A DNA stretch of 64,000 nucleotides from Octopus sinensis (lineage: Eukaryota): contig NC_042997.1 of NCBI RefSeq assembly GCF_006345805.1, forward strand, positions 55,428,001 through 55,492,000, written 5' to 3'. Below, in pieces: positions 53,573 to 64,000 of the stretch (position 1 is its first letter; each line of letters opens with the position of its first letter). Made by a program: the position numbers and the translations under genes. The notes under the pieces were generated by a model. It searched no databases. It was not told the origin of the DNA and saw only the letters and a program-made list of their open reading frames with translations.

Positions 53573-54099
53573 ATACATATATATATATACATGCATATAA
53601 GTTTGTACATATGAATTTCTTGAGATTCACTGGAGTATGCGTGTTTACATCGATTCACAAATAGAGACGCATATATATACATAAACCTGATCTACCTCCT
53701 AAAGTTTGCATTTGTTTCCGCAAGGACCCCCCCCCCCACACACACACGTATGTATGTGTGTGTGTGTGTGTATATGTGTGCATATCGAAGTGTGCTCGTG
53801 TGGTGTATGTGTGTGTGTATGTATGTGTGTATGTATGTGTATGTATGTATGTGTGTGTGTATGGAAGTGTGCTTGTGTAGTGTATATATATATATGTTTG
53901 TGGCCTGGGTAAATTCGTACAAGCAGAAATGTATTTGACTTCATACCTTATATTTAATTCGGCGCGTCACATGTCTGTTCAAATCTCTGCAATACGAGCT
54001 ATTTCCACATTTCAACATGGCTGTTATTAATCGGGTGTTGTCCATGTAGTCATCTTGATTCAAAGCCTTACAGTTATGTGACCCAATTGATATTATATT

Positions 54100-54850
54100 T
54101 GATCGCTAATAAAAGTATCAGCTATGATAAGATTTTATCATATGTTAAATTTCCTCACATTCTTTGAAACATAATTTGAATGTTCTCAACAGATTTATTT
54201 CATTTGAAGTTGTTGGATGCAGTTGATTGTTGAGGTTATCAATGTTGTCGAGTACTTTCATAATAAATGCCTGGAGTTGGCTCAATTTTGAAGTTAATCA
54301 GAAGTAATGATACTATGAGGAGGCATGAAATAAGATAAGCTCAGTACTTTTGCTCATCATTGGATGATGTAGAGTTTATTTGTGAAATAGATGTTTCAAC
54401 TCTTAGACTCGTTCCTAAACGCTGGTACCAATCTATAAATCTTCATCCGATGTTCGTTTTCTTTCTTGGATCCTTTACTTTCCTATTACGTTTGGATAAT
54501 GATGAAGAGTTTCCCAGCTGGTAATGGGGAAACAAGCCCTTTAAGTCGGTTTTGTAAAATATTCTCCGGAAAACTTAGAAAATTCAGGTGTTGATAATGG
54601 ATATATACATACGGTAGTGCGAGAAAGACTTTTTTGCAAGAATATTTCTTTACATTTCTGTTATTTGATGGGTTGTACCATATGTCGTTCTGCTTCTTGT
54701 GTGATTAGAGTAGTTGTTCTACACATCTAGCAATGATTAATAGTTGAGGTTTTGCACCAGTTGCAGTACTCGTCGGAACAACAGGATGCCTTTTCTTCTC
54801 GAGTAAAGAGCTTATCCTGTTATAGGTGTTGCATATGACGTGTTTGATGA
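54100..54850 (-). mobile_element. Penelope-like element remnant (RT C-terminus and GIY-YIG region)
   Basis: HSPNVIKHVICNTYNRISSL (cf. HPPxIIKxIPxxIxxRLS), KKQNDIWYNPSNNRNVK (cf. RxIIWYNPPxSxNV), SKSTELI (cf. STELSKY). Confidence 0.6.
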
Positions 54851-55660
54851 CATTAGGTGAGTATGTCATTAAGGTATATAGTTTTGTTTTCTAATTTGAA
54901 CAGAATCGAAAGTAAAAGAGCTGTAGATTCATATTGTTCGACATATCGATTCATTATTTATGTCACCGAAAATCATACAGTTTCACTGGAAACACTTCCT
55001 ATAAATGCATAAATAAATGCACACGCCGACAAACATGTACGAATACACACACACGCGCACACATACACACAAACACACAGACACACACGCGCACACGCAC
55101 ACACGCGCACACGCGCACACGCACACACGCACATACGCGCACACGCACACACGCACACACGCGCACACGCACACACGCGCATCCCCCCACAAATATGTGT
55201 CTGTGCATATATTGATGTATACCAATATATTCTTGCATATATACTAGATCATACCATATTTGTTTTATAGCATAGGAAAATATATAGACATATATGCTTT
55301 TAAAGAGATATTTATATATTTCTAATGTGCCAGTGCACTCAGGGAGATTGCTTCATGTATGAGCAATTATCCAAACTTGATACTTAGGAAGAATATAATG
55401 CTTTGACTGTACGTGTGTCTGTGAGTATAGTTCTTTTCTCCGTACAAATATCAAAGGAAGATTTCTAAAAAATACTGCGACACAGCTCGGTACACTGAAC
55501 GTCCTTCTCCCCGTCGTTTTGTAACACACGATCACTCGAGAATATATTCAAATACTTTAGACATATTCGTGTCTTTCTTTCCCTTGTGAGTGCACATGAG
55601 TTGTGCGAAACCTTAAACAATCTTAAGAGGTAAGGAAAGTTAATATAGATATATTTTTAA

Positions 55661-55721
<61 letters not shown>

Positions 55722-55741
55722 CTCTATCTCTCTATCTCTCT

Positions 55742-55786
<45 letters not shown>

Positions 55787-56049
55787 ATATATATATATAT
55801 CACAGGTAAGAAGAATTAGTGGTTGTAGTAACCGACTAAGTGGTGAAGATATCCCTATTTACTATCGGTATCCAATTACTTGTGCCATCCCTGGGCATGG
55901 GTATGCAAGCACACTATGCAACAAGAGCTTATCAGGAATCAAGTTTAAATAATCAGAAAATGGAGAAAACCTTTGATCAACAAACAAATTGGACCACATC
56001 TGTAAATTATTTTTTATACAAAACATGACATAACATTTCTATGACATAG

Positions 56050-56130
<81 letters not shown>

Positions 56131-56132
56131 AA

Positions 56133-56845
56133 CAACTAATAGGGTGAGAAAATTGGATACTAATTTAATAGTACCATCAATTTAACACCAAGTGGCTTAG
56201 TGCATAAAAACCAGGAATACAATAAATTTTATATGTAAATATAAGAGAGTCACCACTATGTGGTCGACTCTAGCACTAAAAATAGATCCGCTAAGGTTTC
56301 AGCCACGAAGAATTGTTTCCGATGAAAGTTAGCACAACTATTAGCGTAAACGAACAGGGCAAATAAAAAATAACAAAAATGCAGATTAATTCAGGACAAT
56401 TGCTTCGGTATTAATAAATTATGTAATTTTACTCACATACCATATCTGTAGCTCCTCAGCTGAATTTGTCTAGAATACAATTTACTCAACCGCATGCCAG
56501 ATTTTACCATAACGATAAACACACATGCGGTTCAGTCGATTGCATTCGCCGTTATAATTCAAGTGCCCTCGCCAAAGCCCGCCAAAATTCACGGAAACAG
56601 ATACTACATCAAAAATTAAATGCAGTATAATTACAATCAACTAATAAGGGTGAGAAAATTGGATATTAATTTAAAAGTACCATGAATTTAACACCAAGTG
56701 GCTTAGTGCATAAAAACCAGGAATACAATAAATGTTATATGTAAATATAAGAGAGTGACCACTATGTGGTCAACTCTAGCACTAAAAATAGATCCGCTAA
56801 GGTTTCAGCCACGAAGAATTGTTTCCGATGAAAGTTAGCACAACT
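56133..56845. mobile_element. 713-bp non-coding element bounded by ~207-bp direct repeats, within (TA)n
   Basis: Repeats 56133-56339 and 56638-56845 (about 6 substitutions and 1 indel), 298-bp spacer, TA runs on both flanks. Confidence 0.7.
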
Positions 56846-56965
56846 TATATATATAACCGTCTACAGATCCATACATACTCGTATATGTATCAATAGAGTG
56901 GATGTCTATCTTAATCGAAGTGTGCTGCGAAACCGATTGTTAAGATTGGCTGTAATCTCTCTCTC

Positions 56966-57015
<50 letters not shown>

Positions 57016-57026
57016 CATATATATAA

Positions 57027-57362
57027 AGGTAAAGACCCCCTTCGGTCATGAATGACCATGGGATTGCACCTAGAAAGTTACCCTCCTAGACACAAGTCTG
57101 GGCAAGGTTGTTTATGGAAGACCAGCAGTCGCCCATGCATACCAGCCTCCCCTCTCCACGCCACCAGTGTTATCCAAGGGAAAGACAAAGGTCGATACAG
57201 CTTGGCACCAGTGACGTCGCAACTCATTTCTACAGCTGAGTGAACTGGTGCAACGTGAAATAAAGTGCTTTGCTCAAGAGCACAACACGCAGCCCAGTCC
57301 GGGATTCGAGCTCACAACCTCACGATCGTAAGCTCGACGCTCTAACCACTGAGCCATGCGCC

Positions 57363-57364
<2 letters not shown>
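57027..57364 (-). mobile_element. SINE family D, full length, tRNA-Arg-like head
   Basis: Minus head tgaaggcgcatggctcagtggttagagcgtcgagcttACGatcgtgaggttgtgagctcgaatccc (A box, B box, ACG at the anticodon position); tail (tttacc)n. tRNA-Arg-derived SINEs are known from octopus. Confidence 0.88.
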
Positions 57365-57434
<70 letters not shown>

Positions 57435-57582
57435 GTGATGTACACTTCTCTGAAACCAATGGTAACCTTGTTAAGCCACAAATAAAGAATATTTATGCAC
57501 CATCGCAGTGACGAGTACTCACAGACGCACGCACAAGCAAAAACACACACACACATACACACACTCAGGCACGCACATATAA

Positions 57583-57860
57583 AGGCGCATGGCTTAGTGG
57601 TTAGGGTATTCAGGTTACGATCGTATGGTCGTGAACTTACTTCCCGGCGACAAGTTATGTCTTTGAGCAAGACACTTTATTTCACGTTTTTCCATTCTAC
57701 TCAGCTGGCAAAAATGAATAGTACTTTTATTTCAAAGGGGCCAGCTTTGTTACAATCTGTGTCACGTTGATTCTCCATAAAAAGTACGTTGAGGATATAC
57801 GTGTCTGTGGAGCGCTCAGCCACTTTCACGTTCCGTCATCATAACCGACGGAGTGCCTTA
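57583..57860 (+). mobile_element. SINE with family D-type head, different 3' half
   Basis: aaggcgcatggcttagtggttagggtattcaggttacgatcgta...ttgagcaagacactttatttcac. Confidence 0.8.
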
Positions 57861-58119
57861 TATATATGAAATTTACAGAAAAACAAATGACGAAGACAGT
57901 TGTATAAACAACAAGCAGGTGCATTACTTTGACGCTTGGGAAGGAGTGAAAGTCTTACATTTCGAGTCTATGCTCTTCAACAGAAACATGATGAAATAAA
58001 CAGAGAGAGAATGAAAAAACATTTGGAGTTAGCGGTCAATCATAGCGACTGGTAGTAAGCCAGGAGAGCTAGGAAGAAAGCGAGATAATAAAGTACTGGT
58101 GGTCCCAAAACGAGGGTAC

Positions 58120-58480
58120 GCATGCGTGTGTGTATGTGAGAGTTTGTAAGTGTGTGCATGTAGGTACGGGATGGTGACTGTGACGTGTGGATGTGTGTGT
58201 GCGTCTGTAATGTGTGGGTGTGTGTATGATAATGTGGGTGCTTGGAAGTCGTCAGTGCTAGTGATGTGGGGGTGGTGTGATGTGGTGTGGGGGTGTGTGG
58301 TGTGGCGGTGTTGGGATGTGATGATGGGGTATGGGTATGGGGTGTGGATTTGGGGTGAGGTCGTGGGGAGAGGATGTGGGTGTGGGACGAGGAAGTGGTG
58401 TGGGGCGAGAAAGTAGGGTGGGGCTTGGATTGAGGGAGGGGTGGGGTATGTGGGAGTGGGATGCGTGAGGGTGGGTTGGA
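58120..58480. repeat. GT/TGG-rich low-complexity tract
   Basis: Visible; several G3-G5 runs. Confidence 0.9.
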
Positions 58481-58639
58481 TATATATAAATATACTCATA
58501 CACATATATTCCAGCATATTTTCACATATATACTAGGTGTATTGTATATTATGCAAGGATCGAAATATATGATAGCGTATATCGAAGACACTCCAACAGA
58601 CATATAGGTACATTACGTAACTTCGACGTGGTAGAATTG

Positions 58640-58697
58640 TCCTCAACATCATCATCATCGCAAACACTGCACACATCGTTGGCATCATTGTCATCAC

Positions 58698-58736
<39 letters not shown>

Positions 58737-59432
58737 TGTCATCGTCATCATTTTCACAATCAGCACGCACAATAACCACATTTTATTAACGCTCAATATG
58801 CACTTCATAAACTCTCTCCTTAAACTGCAGCTATAATAAAATGAATAAATATCCGAATACATTATACTCAGAGCTAAATTTGCCATCCTGTAGTCTTGGT
58901 GGGGTGGGGGGGTGGAGGAGAATATATGGTTACAGTTGGAACGATTTTGAGCAGGTCAGCTTCATCAGGGTTGTCCTGAAGAATTGAAGAACCAAGGACC
59001 TCCATCACCTCCATCACCATTTCCACCATCACAACCACCACCACCAACAACAACAAAAAAGCAACAACACAGCCACCAAAACCACCACCACAACTACTGT
59101 GGCGGCTGCTGTTACTGCTATTACCCCTCCATCACTACTACCACTACTACTGCTTCTGCTGCTGATACCACAACCAGAAAATGAAGCCGCCGCTTTCACC
59201 GTCACCATCACCGCATTCAGCATGTGCATCGTAAAGTATTAATCGTCATAAGGTTAATGTGTGACAATGTGCGATAAACTGCACCGTATATTAGAATGCA
59301 ACCATTGTACAAACGCACTTGCTTACACCTCGCTTTGGGCCAATTCAAGTAATTTTAATTTCACAGGAGTCTCTGTGAAATAAATATTCAAAATTACCTT
59401 CTTCTCATAAATGTTTTGCGGTGCTTTTTATT

Positions 59433-59482
<50 letters not shown>

Positions 59483-59620
59483 TAATTATTATTACTAAAA
59501 TCTATGAACAATTGTTTTTTTTATTATCGTTATTATATTATTATTCAATAAGAATCTTTGTAGTGCTCATCATCATCATCATCATCATCATCATCAACGA
59601 CAACATTAGTACAAACAGAA
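58640..59620. repeat. Cluster of trinucleotide repeats (CAT, CAC, CAA, TAC)
   Basis: Visible arrays at about 58690-58750, 59000-59160, 59428-59480 and 59566-59596. Confidence 0.9.
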
Positions 59621-59927
59621 GCAGCAATAACAACACCAATAACAGCAAGGACATCATCATCACCGTAATCTTCACACTGAGCCTGCGATTTTGTTTTTGA
59701 AAGGTAAAATACAGGAAGCCGAAGCGCCGTCAATAACAGACGGAACGGTGTGATGTACAAAAAGTCCCTTATCCAACTGTCACTGAAGCCAACTCTTCCT
59801 TTCGAGCCTTCCGAGTTCGAAAAAATAAAGTAAGATTGACTGTTCCCTTCTGTAGGAATCAACATGATATAAAACAATAGATTCAATTCACTCTATAACG
59901 TGGGTGGATAGGTACCAATGTAATAAA

Positions 59928-60098
59928 AAGCAACGAACTGGTAAAATAGGTAAGAGAATCGGATAAGATTCCTCGTGGCATTTTGTTATGCCTCTTAACG
60001 TTCTGAATTCAAATCTCACTGAAGTCAATGAAATCAATTTGCCCTTCCCTCAAAATTGCTGGCCTTGTACCAAAAATTAGAATTAATTATTATTATTA
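59928..60098 (+). mobile_element. SINE family B, decayed and internally deleted
   Basis: aacgttctgaattcaaatctc...ggccttgtacc...attattattatt tail. Confidence 0.7.
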
Positions 60099-60332
60099 CT
60101 GCAAGAAATAATTATACTTTAGTAGAAAGCCACCATTATGGGAGGAATGCAGCAAATTCGATTACATCAGCTACAATAATGAGTGGTACCTATGATATCA
60201 ATGTCAAACTTACGCGAAGTATAAACTGAGGAAAATTGTCATCTGCAACAAAAACAGAACCTGACAGTCAGATGACGGTCATCATTAATAAATGAATAAG
60301 CTAACTAATTATATTTATGCACTGAGAATTTA

Positions 60333-60540
60333 ATGTTGGTTTCAAATTATGGTACAAAGTCAGAAATGTTGTGGGAGAGTAAGTCAATTACATCGACCCC
60401 AGTGTTCAGCTGGTACTTTCTTTATCTACTCTGAAAGGATGAAAGGATGAAAGTCAAAGTCAACTTCCGCGGAATTTGAACTCAGAACATAGAAATGGAT
60501 GAAATGCCGCCGAGCATTTTCCCCAGTGTTCTAACAAGCA
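60333..60540 (-). mobile_element. SINE family B
   Basis: catcgaccccagtgttcagctggtac...gcggaatttgaactcagaac. Confidence 0.85.
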
Positions 60541-60849
60541 TGTTTTACTCAAGCATGGCTGACATTGCCTAATCTTCTTGGCGTATAAATATTTTTAAGA
60601 AATTAGATTTCTTTTCCTCTCTACATTAAATACATCAGCTCTTCTTTGGTTATAAAAAAATACCGTCGGTCCTAATGGTCTTAAAGTTAAAATGTAAATG
60701 CATTTTGTCAAGTGCTTACTGATATTGTTATCCTAATGAATCTCAAAAGAAAAATTCAGCCTAGCTTTAAAAGTACTTGAATGGAATTCGTATTAAGGAG
60801 ATCCCGCTGCTTCCCTTTATATAAATAAACATTCTTGTGATTCGGTGCA

Positions 60850-61160
60850 AAGAAGTTTCAGTGTGAAAATTCATGGCAGCGAATGAATTTCGTATCTTCG
60901 TATTCTCGTCTTTCATCAGGATTAAACATGTAATTACTTCACTATCTCGATTATCTCTGAAATCTGGTCACGATATTATCACATTGAAGCTATTAGTTTC
61001 CAGTTTAGCTTAAACACAGTATTGCACTTTCGAGTCCATGATGCTATTGATAAGTAATCCACCACCGCCTTTTCGATTTTTCTTTCTGATCTTCATCCTC
61101 AATATTAATGTGTTTCTTCTCATCACATTTTTAGCGTGTGATAATAACCTATAATTAACG
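60850..61160 (-). mobile_element. Possible LINE APE-endonuclease remnant
   Basis: KIRKKNRKGGGGLLI resembles the RxDRxxRxGGGxxI motif of APE domains. Confidence 0.4.
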
Positions 61161-61366
61161 GATGAAATACTGGTTCAGCGCATAGTAACAATTTTCCCTC
61201 AATTATTAATTATAGGTGAGTGCTTTGAGGATGCATTCGTGTATTGTAATTTTTCATTTTATTCTCTTAAAATAAGAATATCTAACATTTTAGATCTACA
61301 TTCATATTTATAAAATTGATTTTTTTTCAGTTTGTTTTAGGTGATTTTATTATTACTGTTGTTAGC

Positions 61367-61580
61367 AAGATGGCGAACTGGCAGAATAGTTAGCACGCCG
61401 GAGAAAATGCGAAGTGGCTTTTCTCTTGTCATTATGTTCTGAATTCTAATTTCGCTGAGGTCGACTTTGTCTTTCAGGTCCGATAAAGTAAGTATAAGTT
61501 GATCACTGGGATAGATGTTATCGACTTACTCTCGTTCCCGAAATTTGGCCTAGTGCCAAATACTTGAGATTATTATTATT
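61367..61580 (+). mobile_element. SINE family B with (ATT)n tail
   Basis: aagatggcgaactggcagaatagttagcacg...ggcctagtgccaaatacttgagattattattatt. Confidence 0.88.
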
Positions 61581-62466
61581 ACGTTAGTGCATGCTAATTC
61601 AGTATTTTATCCTGAGGTTTAGTGACAAGAATTTTCCTTGAGGCTTTGCAGAATATAGGATGGTACTTTTCTGCAGGTTGACAGTGCGAGTTTCAATTCC
61701 TATCTCTTTCAGTATTTCGGGTAGCATTTTGGATGTTCCAAGTGCACCAATTATGACAGGAATAATTGCTATCATGGTCTTCCACAGTCTCCACAATTCT
61801 CTGACTAGATCTTGATATTTCTCAATGTCTTTAATTTCTTTGGTACTGACTCTGATATCATAGAGATTTGCAAAATCCATGATCTCATAATATTTGTTTA
61901 TTTTGTCCTCTACAAGCAAATCTGCACTTCTTGTCTCAATAGTATGATCAATCTTATGGAGAAGTCCCATCAAATAATGTAATTCTCATTTTCTATCACA
62001 GCCTCTGCTTCGTGTTCATACCGCTTTTCCGTATTTTGAATCCACACACTAATTTAACATCCCTAGGCATTCTTTAAAACCATCGTGTCCTTTCCTGCAG
62101 ATTCTACATTTACTGTTTGACAGAGTTTTGCCAATATTTGTCTTTAGCAGATTTGTTCAAACGGTTTGTTCCTGAGTGGCTATAATTAGCGGTTCAGTCT
62201 CTCCTTTCAAGTTCCAATCTGTCAACCAGAACCAGCGTTCTTACTTCCGACATGCTCCGTTTGTTGCATGAATTAACCATGCAATTACATTTCTTTCCAT
62301 TTTCTTGTTCTGTCGTTCTTCCTTTTTATTTTTCTTGAAATTCTACTGTTTCAGCCACTTTTGAGGTATGTCTGGCTGCTGATAGTATACTTTCTTTATT
62401 CTGCATAACATAATTTTTCAGACCTAGTACTGCAGTATTAACAGTGTTTCAATAATGGCGTGGCCC
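61581..62466 (-). mobile_element. R4/Dong-like retrotransposon, 5'-truncated
   Basis: TVNTAVLGLKNYV, SKCRICRKG, and ORF 61599-61973 IDHTIETRSADLLVEDK...DFANLYD..KEIKDIEKYQDLVRELWRLW..IIPVIIGALG...LQKSTILYSAK (RLE). Confidence 0.92.
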
Positions 62467-62775
62467 ATATTATCATTATTATTCTTTTCTCTCTTTTTCT
62501 TTTTTTTTTTTTTACCAGTTACAAAATTGAAAACTGATGATGTCATTCTATCAAAATAGGAACGCAGGATTTCCTCGTTTATATTTTGAATTTCTATGTT
62601 TCAGCAGTTTTTTGTCGTTTTACATTTTGAACTTGAACAGGACAGACGATCTGTGGAAATATTGTTCACACCGTTAAATAAACAATCTATTACAAATCGC
62701 ACCGCGCTCTTCTTATTGTCAATTTACCTTCGTGAAGAGTTACGTCAATCTTTATAGAATATTACTATTATTATT

Positions 62776-63005
62776 AAGGCGATGAGCTGGCAGAATAGTT
62801 AGCTCGCTGGGCAAAATGCTTAGTGGCATTTCGTCCGTCTTTACGTTGTGAGTTCAAATTCCGCCCTGTCGACTTTGCCTTTCATCCTTTCGGAGTCGAT
62901 AAATTATGTACCAGTTGTTTAGTGGGGTCGATGTAATTGACTTAACCCATCCCCCCAAATTTCAGGCCTTGTGCCTATAGTAGAAAGGATTCTTATTATT
63001 ATTTC
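62776..63005 (+). mobile_element. SINE family B with (TTA)n tail
   Basis: aaggcgatgagctggcagaatagttagc...ggccttgtgcctatagtagaaaggattcttattattatt. Confidence 0.92.
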
Positions 63006-64000
63006 TTTTTATATCAACGTACCATGCTATCTGTTCTTTTCAACTATCTAATACTTTCCTGATTATTCTGGCCGTGTCAAGGAGACAAACCTTTTGTAAC
63101 ATTTCTACTGGGCACTCTATTCCGATTTCTTTTATATTCCTCTTGCCTTCTGATACTGTCACCAAGGACCCGACAATAATTGGCACTATCTTCTCGTTCT
63201 TCATTTTCCATAGCCGGGCAATTTCGTATTTAAGAGGGTTGTATTTATCTATTTTTCGTCTTCCTTCTTGACTATCAACTGTTTAGCACATGTGATGCAT
63301 GTTGTCGACCACCACTAGATTCAGTCTGTTATGCTCTAACACCTGATCTGTTTGGATTTGGAAATCCCAGAGGAATTTACAAGTCTCCGACCCCGTCACT
63401 CTCTGCTCTTTGTGCTTATGTCACATCTTGATAATTAGATAATTAGCTTTCTTTCGTTCCACGGCTCCTCTTTCTGTCCAATAGGTAGCAGGCAACTATA
63501 CAGTTCACAGGCCAAAACACCTGACAATATTTTCCACTTTAGCGAAAGACACGTTATTAGTTGAATGTTGGATGCAACATTACCCTTTTCAATTTCCTTG
63601 GTACATAACAATGTCTTACCTTTTGTCATCCAGCTGGGTACTGCGCTTCCTGCAAGCACTCACCTAGCAGTTGCGCTATCCTTTCATGAAGCACTCTCAG
63701 CTTCTTCATTCAATAACCTTGGACCTCATCCGGTCCTGGGCTCTTCCAATATAGGAATTCCCTTAACACCTTTTGTAAAATCATTTCTGTAGTTATTTTT
63801 ATGTTGTCTTGGCCTTGTATATTTCTTAACCTATCTTGGATTTCATGCAGCCACTTCGCTTCAGCATTATGCTTTACAGGCTGGTCCCAGATCCCTCCCC
63901 AGAATGACCTGCTTTCCTCTGTATCTGGAGTCGTTGTTACGTGTAATTACCCATCTAGTTCCTGAAACAGTTTTTCTTGATTTGCTTTAAACAATCCGTT
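63006..64000 (-). mobile_element. R4/Dong-like retrotransposon with large internal deletion; runs off the window end
   Basis: WMTKGKTLLCTKEIEKGNVASNIQLITCLSLKWKIL (RT N-terminus) is joined near 63430 to QRVTGSETCKFLWDFQIQTDQVLEHNR (RLE); 3' end closely resembles 24540-24900. Confidence 0.92.

Noticed and set aside
56290-56345. Hammerhead core in the direct repeats of the 713-bp element
   Set aside because: CCGATGA plus a small hairpin is not followed by GAAA on the plus strand, and the minus strand has GAAAC but no CTGANGA.
57290-57364. tRNA-Arg(ACG) gene; similar tRNA-like heads at about 18830-18890 and 40311-40380
   Set aside because: Imperfect stems, and each continues into a dispersed SINE body, so these are SINE heads.
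59714-59829. Plus-strand exon-like frame SRSAVNNRRNGVMYKKSLIQLSLKPTLPFEPSEFEKI before GTAAGA
   Set aside because: Weak acceptor and no recognisable homology; such patterns arise by chance in AT-rich DNA.
60860-60925. Minus-strand CTGATGA...GAAA with a 6-bp stem III
   Set aside because: No stem II or stem I.

Overview
This is AT-rich, gene-poor eukaryotic DNA, not prokaryotic, and looks intronic or intergenic. Dense microsatellites and several abundant tRNA-derived SINE families point to a coleoid cephalopod, most likely an octopus (inference from recalled repeat families, not verified by search). No intact protein-coding gene, rRNA, true tRNA or CRISPR array is recognisable, and most ORFs in the supplied track are translated microsatellites or antisense frames of transposons. 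The window is dominated by decayed mobile elements: at least 6 sizeable R4/Dong-like non-LTR retrotransposon copies (RT, CCHC knuckle, restriction-like endonuclease), one Tx1/L1-like LINE, a D,D34D mariner, a pogo-like MITE with 25-bp TIRs, Penelope-like and other LINE remnants, and about 20 SINE copies from 4 families. The most notable patterns are (i) Dong-like copies sitting in TAA arrays, twice tail-to-tail with the (ATT)n tail of the same SINE family, plus one copy in an ACAT array; (ii) a 713-bp direct-repeat-bounded element within TA repeats; (iii) several local duplications, one with a better-conserved exon- or snoRNA-like core; and (iv) a few isolated exon-like segments, one encoding a signal-peptide-like N-terminus. 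All alignments were done by eye. I found no well-supported novel multi-gene system.
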